Sequence record: SRR20825006_1275 | Direction: 5' to 3' (one strand) | DNA: 45,090 nt | Shown here: positions 39,448 to 45,090 of the stretch, piece after piece | How positions within the stretch are numbered: the first letter of the stretch is position 1 | Layout of the letters: each line of letters opens with the position of its first letter | Translations under genes and position numbers: made by a program | Notes under the pieces: generated by a model | Told to the model about the DNA's origin: nothing | What the model saw: the letters and a program-made list of their open reading frames with translations, nothing else | Database searches by the model: none

Positions 39448-40224
39448 TCAGAAGTCGTCGCTGTCCCAGGTTCCGCGACCGCCAGCCGAGACGGTCTGTT
39501 GCTTGGTCTGCTTTTGCTCTTCGAAGGAGAACTGCTGCGACGACTTGTTGTCGAGCATCCCCATCTTCGCCTTGAGCGCGTCGAGCTCGGAGTCCGCGCC
39601 GGACTCGGCCTCGAGATCGGCGAACTGGTTATCGAGCGAGTTGCCGGCGAAGTCGTCGGCGAGCTCTGCGGAGGCCTCGGCCTCGGCCTCCATCTGCTCG
39701 ATCTTCTCCGACATGCGGTCGAAGGCATCGAAGGCGGATGTGTCGGAGAGGCCCGACATGGTGGCCTGGATTTTTTGCTGCGCCTCGGCGCGCTTTTTGC
39801 GGGCGATGAGGAGGTTCTTCTTGCGCTTGGCCTCCTCGATCTTGTTGTTGAGCTGGCGAAGTGACTCGCGCAGCTTGTCGGCGGCGGCTTTCTGCGCCTC
39901 CCACTGGCCCTGGAATTCGCTGGCGAGCTGATCGTGCTCGCCCTTACGGCGCAGGGCTTCCTTGGCGAGGTCGTCGCGCCCAGCGCGAACGGCCATCATC
40001 GCCTTCTTCTCCCACTCCCTGGCCATATGCAGCTCGTTATCGAGCTGCTTCTTGAGGCGCTTCTCGTCTGCGATCGCCACGGCCACCTGCTTCTTGGCCT
40101 CGATGAGCTGATCCTTCATATCGAGGATCAGCTGGTTGAGGATCTTTTCCGGATCCTCGGCCTTGCTGATGACGTCGTTGATATTGGCTTTGAGAAGCGT
40201 ACCCAAACGCCCGAAAATACCCAT
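39448..40224 (-). CDS. pspA: PspA/IM30 family protein
   Basis: MGIFGRL...KANIN...AEDPEKIL.Q, coiled coil, FDRMSEKI...EAEA and ELDALKAK; AAAGGAG RBS. Confidence 0.93.
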   Translation of the reverse strand: MGIFGRLGTLLKANINDVISKAEDPEKILNQLILDMKDQLIEAKKQVAVAIADEKRLKKQLDNELHMAREWEKKAMMAVRAGRDDLAKEALRRKGEHDQLASEFQGQWEAQKAAADKLRESLRQLNNKIEEAKRKKNLLIARKKRAEAQQKIQATMSGLSDTSAFDAFDRMSEKIEQMEAEAEASAELADDFAGNSLDNQFADLEAESGADSELDALKAKMGMLDNKSSQQFSFEEQKQTKQQTVSAGGRGTWDSDDF

Positions 40225-40354
40225 CTATCGACTCCTTTCTACCCCAACCCCGCGCGCTCTCTTTGGAGAGGACGTGGTGTGGGTGGCACTGGCTGCCTTG
40301 AGTGTGTGCACGGCTAGTAGCTCTGACTCCCAAACAACATTACAAGCGGCGGTG

Positions 40355-40813
40355 TTAGTTCCCGCCCATGATCGACTCTTCGAGCTCCTCGGTGGACATC
40401 TTCTCGATATTCACCTCGCTCGAGGGGAGCAGCGCACGGACCTGGCCGTGGTGCTCGCGGATCGAGAGCGTGATCGAATCGATGGAGGCCTGGAACTCGT
40501 TGTAATCGAGGTTCTCGCTCTGGAGCGAGTCCGTGATCACGACCGCGTCATCTTCCAATCCATACGCACCCGCGACCAGCTCGTTGGCGTTCAGACGCAG
40601 GAGGTACTCGTAGACCTCCGACTTCTTCTCCTCGGGGATATCCGAGATATCCATGATCTTGACGCGGAAGGTGATCACAGGAGGGGTGTGGATGACGACG
40701 ACGTTGTCGACATAGTCGTGGTCGTCATGAATCAACCACATCCCTTCTTGTACCTGCTCGTAGGGAAGCTCGGTGTCGATGAGGTATTCCTCGATCGTGT
40801 CGTTGGTAATCAT
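40355..40813 (-). CDS. YbjN/CesT-like (T3SS chaperone fold) domain protein
   Basis: Acidic 152-aa protein with the pattern VITFRVKIM...YEYLLRLNANELVAGAYGLEDDAVV; upstream of pspA on the same strand. Confidence 0.75.
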   Translation of the reverse strand: MITNDTIEEYLIDTELPYEQVQEGMWLIHDDHDYVDNVVVIHTPPVITFRVKIMDISDIPEEKKSEVYEYLLRLNANELVAGAYGLEDDAVVITDSLQSENLDYNEFQASIDSITLSIREHHGQVRALLPSSEVNIEKMSTEELEESIMGGN

Positions 40814-40962
40814 AGGCTCGTCTTCCTGGGAAGAGGGTTCATCCTGTTTGTCTCGACCTCATCGAACGTCGCGCATCCATACATGATACGGCATGGATGC
40901 AGGAGCGCTCGTTCGAGGTCGCGCCTTCACAAGATGAGCACCTCGTGTTGCAAAGCACCCTT

Positions 40963-40971
40963 ATTCTAGCA
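40963..40971 (-). promoter_or_regulatory. Extended -10 promoter candidate for the YbjN-like/pspA genes
   Basis: Minus strand TGCTAGAAT matches the TGn-TAnnnT pattern, about 150 bp upstream of the 40813 start. Confidence 0.4.
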
Positions 40972-41245
40972 CGGATGCCAGGGGTCGCTTTATCCTCCTG
41001 TTCGCCGCCTCCCTACTCTTTAAGGTTAAGGCTTGTGGCTCCCGTGAGGCAACGGCTCACGCAGGGAGGATATTTCGACCACGGCAATGGCTGGATGCAA
41101 TCTGATGGCTCACTCCACAAAAAGGCACGCTGCCTTTACGGGAGTCCAACAAGCGAGGGAGCACTCCCACCTCATGGATGGGTTGGTATCAACCGATCGT
41201 ATGCGATCAAAGAGGCTCCCTGCGCACGAGAACGCTGCGAATCGT
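40965..41245 (-). ncRNA. Candidate structured non-coding RNA or long leader, family unassigned
   Basis: Lies downstream of a near-consensus promoter, has many helices with G-U pairs favouring the minus strand, and contains no convincing ORF. Confidence 0.45.
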
Positions 41246-41250
41246 GTGGA

Positions 41251-41280
41251 AGTGTAAAAGGGCCACTCTTTAAGTGTCAA
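41251..41280 (-). promoter_or_regulatory. Sigma-70-type promoter
   Basis: Minus strand TTGACA (41280-41275), 18-nt spacer, TACACT (41256-41251). Confidence 0.65.
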
Positions 41281-41531
41281 GGTGATTGCGAGCGCAATGC
41301 GGGCAGTCAACTTGCCGCACCCGGGCTCCTGATCTAAGCTCGACTCTGGAACCCAGGCGACGCGCTGCAAAAACATCGCGCGGTGGCGCGATCCAAACCG
41401 AGGCGGCCTCGCCGCGCGTGATGGATCTCGTGACGCGTATAGGACAACGCATCGCCTCGAGACAATCACAAGCTCACGGCTCATCCCTCTCTTATACGCC
41501 GCCACGGCGTAGGTCCAAGGCAAGGATTTCC

Positions 41532-42833
41532 ATGGATTCGAAGGCGCGCACCGGTGAAATGACCCGGTTATTTATTCATATTGACGAAGCGATCGAGTCG
41601 GGGTCGATCACCCGCGCGCTCCGTCTGGTCCTCTCGAACTTCGACAACTTTCCGGACAACTCCCCGCTGCGCGAGCGCGTCGCTCAGGCGCTCGCCACCC
41701 GCGGCAGAAAACGCGAGGCGGTCCAGATCCTCGAGCTCGTCGCCAGACACTACGCCAACAGCGGGCACCCCGCGCGGAGCCTGAGCGCCATCAAGCAGAT
41801 GAACACGCTCCAGCCCGACGCGACGATGCTGCTCGATCACTTCGCCGCGCTCTACTCGATCCGCTCGCCATACCGACAGGAAGAGCTCGCTCGCGTCAAC
41901 TTCCCCGAGCCGGACAAGGCGCTCGATATGGGCGCCAAGGAACCTCAGGTCGGCGAACAGGAGCTGTTCGATCTGGCCATCGAGCGCTCGATGGAGAAGC
42001 GTGGCATCGTCACGCAACCCCGAGAGCTGCCCTCGTTCCCTCTCTTGAGCCTGCTCCCCACCGAGACGCTGCGCCGCGTGCTCGACTTCGTGCAGTACGA
42101 GGTCCACGATCAGTCGCAGCCGCTCTTGACGCGCGGCGAGCAACCAAAGGATCTGATCTGGTCCGTCTCGCAGAACCTGCTCCTCAAGCATGATGATGAC
42201 TACATGCGCCTGCCGAGCAACGTGCTGCTCGGCCTCAATGGCTTTGGCCGCCCCAAGGCGGACAGCGAGCACACCGTGCACGCGATCAAGACGAGCGAGA
42301 TCCTGCGCCTCTCAGAAGACGCGATCCAGAAACTCTCCGAAGAGTTCACCGACTTCCCGAACAGGCTCGCGACCTTGCGCCGTCACGGGCTGACCGAGCG
42401 CCTGATCGCATCACACCCCCTCTTCGCGCAGCTCGACGAGGCGCAACGCGATGATCTCATCGAGCGATTTATTGGCCTGCACATCAAACAGGGCGAATAC
42501 TTGATCGTGCAGGATATGCCGAGCCCTGGCCTGTTCATCATTTTGGACGGCCAGGTCGATATCGTGCGCAAGGACGAGGACTGGGAGATCACGATCAACA
42601 CCCTCAACCCGGGGGATATGTTTGGAGAGATCGGGCTCGTCTCGGAGAAACCCGCCGTGGCCGGGGTCGTCTCGGTCACGCAGGGGATTATGTTATTCCT
42701 TAGCCGGGATGAGTTTAACCAGGCCGCAGCGCAGCACCCCGCGCTGGCAAAGTACGCCGTCCGCCTCGCCAACCAACGGCTCGAGGACGTCAACTCGACG
42801 CTCTCGGCCGGAGATCTGGCCGAGGTCGACTGA
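41532..42833 (+). CDS. TPR-like plus tandem cyclic-nucleotide-binding domain protein, without an HTH
   Basis: Helical N-terminus; second CNB domain with LFIILDGQVDI...LNPGDMFGEIGL; first CNB domain degenerate; AAGGA RBS before ATG 41532. Confidence 0.8.
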   Translation: MDSKARTGEMTRLFIHIDEAIESGSITRALRLVLSNFDNFPDNSPLRERVAQALATRGRKREAVQILELVARHYANSGHPARSLSAIKQMNTLQPDATMLLDHFAALYSIRSPYRQEELARVNFPEPDKALDMGAKEPQVGEQELFDLAIERSMEKRGIVTQPRELPSFPLLSLLPTETLRRVLDFVQYEVHDQSQPLLTRGEQPKDLIWSVSQNLLLKHDDDYMRLPSNVLLGLNGFGRPKADSEHTVHAIKTSEILRLSEDAIQKLSEEFTDFPNRLATLRRHGLTERLIASHPLFAQLDEAQRDDLIERFIGLHIKQGEYLIVQDMPSPGLFIILDGQVDIVRKDEDWEITINTLNPGDMFGEIGLVSEKPAVAGVVSVTQGIMLFLSRDEFNQAAAQHPALAKYAVRLANQRLEDVNSTLSAGDLAEVD

Positions 42834-43048
42834 AAAACACGCTGAGAATGACGACGCGCGCTGCAAGATGTGGAATACGCCCCGCGCGCCAGTTGCTCTC
42901 TACATTGGGAGCTTACGTGAGTGGGCCACCCCGATGAAAATGTAAAACCGCGGTGGACGCGATCCTCGAAGACTCGAGAACAACTCCACCTCTTCCCTCG
43001 ATGGCGAGGGCGTTTTGGCAACCACTCGCCGATTTCACAAGGTGACGC

Positions 43049-44977
43049 ATGCATACAGGCAATCGACGCACCCAGAAGAGAATCCTCACCTCGGCGCTCG
43101 CGCTCGCGACCGCAGGTATCCTCTTGCCCGCCTCGGCATTCGCCGAAGATAGCGGCCCCATCTCCCCGATGGCGCCCTGGCAAGAGTGCCTCCAGGGAGC
43201 AGCGCCAGCGGGGCAGAACATCGCCCCTGGCGAGATGGACACCGAGCCGAACTTCGACGAGGTGATCCTGGACTTCGACGATGACCTCAGCCACAACGCC
43301 GTGCTCGGATGGGCAGGCGCGCAAGGGCTCCACGTCGAACTCAACAGCCCCGCCGCCGATGCGCCGAACGTGTACATCGCGCGCGTCGCAGAAGGCGCTG
43401 TCCCCTACGTCAAGGCGTGCCTCGCAAAGCGCGGCGCCGATGGCGACATCGAGGCGATCGAGGAGAACTTCGAGTACAAACTCTTCGCCGAAGGGTTCGA
43501 GGTCGCAAGGGACGCTGACGGCGCCTCGACCAAACCGAACGACCCCCTCTATCAGTTCCAGTGGCACTTCGATCAGGTCAACGCCGAGGAGGCGTGGAAG
43601 ACCTCCACAGGTCGCGACGTCGTCGTCGCGGTGATCGACACTGGCGTCGCCGTCAAGGATGACGCCAACCGCGGTATCAAGGCGGCAAAGGATCTCGCAG
43701 GGACCTCGATCGTCGACGGCTACGACTTCGTCGACAAGTCCGACTTCGTCTTCGACGGACACGGACACGGCACCCACGTCGCGGGCACCATCGCCCAGAC
43801 CACCAACAACAAGTACGGCGTCGCAGGGCTCGCCTACAACGCCAAGATCATGGGCCTGCGCGTGCTGAACTCGCGCGGCTTCGGTCAGGTCGCCGATATC
43901 GCCGATGCCGTGCGCTTCGCCGCAGATAACGGCGCTCAGGTCATCAACATGAGCCTCGGCGGCCCGCTGCCAAGCCTCGTGCTCAAGAAGGCGATCGACC
44001 ACGCGCACAAGAAAGGCGTCACCGTCGTCGCCGCCGCCGGTAACGGCGGGCGCCGCGCGCCGAGCTACCCCGCCGCCTACGATCACACGATCGCCGTCGC
44101 GGCGACCCAGTACGACAAGAACACGACCTTCTATTCGCAGTGGGGCTCCTTCGTCGACATCGCCGCGCCCGGTGGTAACACCCGCGTCGATCAGAACGGC
44201 GACGACCGCCCTGATGGCGTCATGCAGCAGACCTTGAAGCCCGGCAAGCTCGACCAGCACGACTTCCTCCTCTACATGGGGACCTCGATGGCGAGCCCTC
44301 ACGTCGCAGCAGGCGCTGCCATGGTGATCTCGCAAGGCGTCACGCACCCCGACAAGGTCGAGGCCGTCCTCAAGAAGACCTCCGATAGCTCGCTTCGTGA
44401 CCGCTACAACAGCGACAAGGAATTCCGCGAGCGTTACGGCTCTGGCCTGATGCAGGTCGACCAGGCCGTCAAGGCCGCAGAGTTTGGCCAGGGAAGCACG
44501 CGTGGCCTCGCAGGTCTTCTCCTCGCGCTGTTCGCCGCTGGTATGGTCCGCCGCCGCGATCCTCTCGGACTCGCTGTCGAACGTCGCGGCACACTCGTCG
44601 CCACGAGCGCAGTGATCGCAGGTGGTCTCTTCTTCCTGCCGACCTTGCTCGGCGAGTCGACGTTGACCTACATCCTGGCCCGTCCGCTGGCCGAGATGGA
44701 TATCCTCGTGTTCGGCCTCGGCACGCACCAGAGCCCGCTGTTCGCCTCCGCCCTCTTCCCGCTGGCTGCCTACGGCTTGCTCGGCGGCAAGGACAAGCTC
44801 CGCACGCTCGCATGTGGCATCGCCCTCGGTATGGCAGGCTTCCTGCTCACCGAGTCCGTGTTGCTCACCTCGGACGTGCGCCTGATCCCCGGCATGGATA
44901 TGCTCGACAGGATCTGGCTCGCAGGCAACGGCCTCATCAGCCTCGCGATCGGTTACTTCGGTCTCAAGCGCTACTGA
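43049..44977 (+). CDS. Subtilisin-like S8 serine peptidase with a C-terminal multi-pass membrane domain
   Basis: Signal peptide and prodomain; triad motifs VIDTG, HGTHVAG and GTSMASP; NMSLGG and AAAGN; about five hydrophobic segments at the C-terminus. Confidence 0.93.
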   Translation: MHTGNRRTQKRILTSALALATAGILLPASAFAEDSGPISPMAPWQECLQGAAPAGQNIAPGEMDTEPNFDEVILDFDDDLSHNAVLGWAGAQGLHVELNSPAADAPNVYIARVAEGAVPYVKACLAKRGADGDIEAIEENFEYKLFAEGFEVARDADGASTKPNDPLYQFQWHFDQVNAEEAWKTSTGRDVVVAVIDTGVAVKDDANRGIKAAKDLAGTSIVDGYDFVDKSDFVFDGHGHGTHVAGTIAQTTNNKYGVAGLAYNAKIMGLRVLNSRGFGQVADIADAVRFAADNGAQVINMSLGGPLPSLVLKKAIDHAHKKGVTVVAAAGNGGRRAPSYPAAYDHTIAVAATQYDKNTTFYSQWGSFVDIAAPGGNTRVDQNGDDRPDGVMQQTLKPGKLDQHDFLLYMGTSMASPHVAAGAAMVISQGVTHPDKVEAVLKKTSDSSLRDRYNSDKEFRERYGSGLMQVDQAVKAAEFGQGSTRGLAGLLLALFAAGMVRRRDPLGLAVERRGTLVATSAVIAGGLFFLPTLLGESTLTYILARPLAEMDILVFGLGTHQSPLFASALFPLAAYGLLGGKDKLRTLACGIALGMAGFLLTESVLLTSDVRLIPGMDMLDRIWLAGNGLISLAIGYFGLKRY

Positions 44978-45018
44978 TACTCACATCGCGGCGACTCGCG
45001 CTGCGATGACTCGAGGAT

Positions 45019-45058
45019 AAACCGGGCATCCTTTGAAAAAAGGATGCCCGGTTTTTTT
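45019..45058 (+). terminator. Rho-independent terminator
   Basis: 16-bp stem AAACCGGGCATCCTTT-gaaa-AAAGGATGCCCGGTTT with a T7 tail. Confidence 0.85.
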
Positions 45059-45090
45059 GTGTCCGGAGTGATGCAGCCCCCTCCTGTGCC

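Noticed and set aside
40283-40300. TGGCA(C) motifs here and near 1392, 40980 and 43016 as sigma-54 promoters
   Set aside because: None has the conserved GC at the required -12 spacing.
40965-41330. tmRNA, RNase P RNA, SRP RNA, hammerhead, cobalamin or glycine riboswitch
   Set aside because: Diagnostic motifs (tRNA-like CCA end, GGAAAGTCC, GGAAGCAGC, CTGATGA..GAAA, B12 box, CTCTCAGG) were not found on either strand.
40897-41337. 146-aa ORF and short ORFs on both strands across the candidate RNA, as a leader peptide or type I toxin
   Set aside because: There is no properly spaced RBS-start pair and no hydrophobic toxin-like peptide, and codon usage is unlike the host genes.
42383-44728. Long antisense or overlapping ORFs (781 aa here; also 10006-11418, 11376-12602, 26505-28286, 34434-35765, 36766-38016)
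   Set aside because: These are shadow ORFs expected opposite real genes in high-GC3 DNA, with no recognisable motifs.

Overview
GC-rich bacterial chromosomal window. Its gene content (sigma-54 activators, Ser/Thr kinase and PP2C phosphatase, AgmX/PglI-type protein, many lipoproteins) suggests a deltaproteobacterial predator such as Bradymonadales or Myxococcota; this is inference. It holds about 33 coding regions: an acyl-CoA/B12-mutase cluster (hbd, crotonase, mutase B12 subunit, meaB), two sigma-54 activators, a PPIase, purA, a class V aminotransferase, dprA, a PP2C phosphatase, an envelope cluster (lipoproteins, beta-barrel, Slt, kinase, Omp85), sbcCD, an integron integrase, a repeat-rich lipoprotein, a YbjN-like/pspA pair, a cNMP-domain protein and an S8 peptidase. 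No rRNA, tRNA or CRISPR array was seen. Three features stand out. (1) The integron integrase (32327-33277) is catalytically intact but has no canonical attC array nearby, and it lacks the Pro/His-His residues that hold the extrahelical base of attC. (2) Two related 81-bp perfect hairpins with AAC...GTT ends and nine compensatory base-pair changes bracket the sbcC-sbcD-orf-intI segment. (3) A near-consensus sigma-70 promoter may drive a structured, possibly bistable non-coding RNA at about 40965-41245. All protein calls come from motif recognition by eye; no database searches were run.
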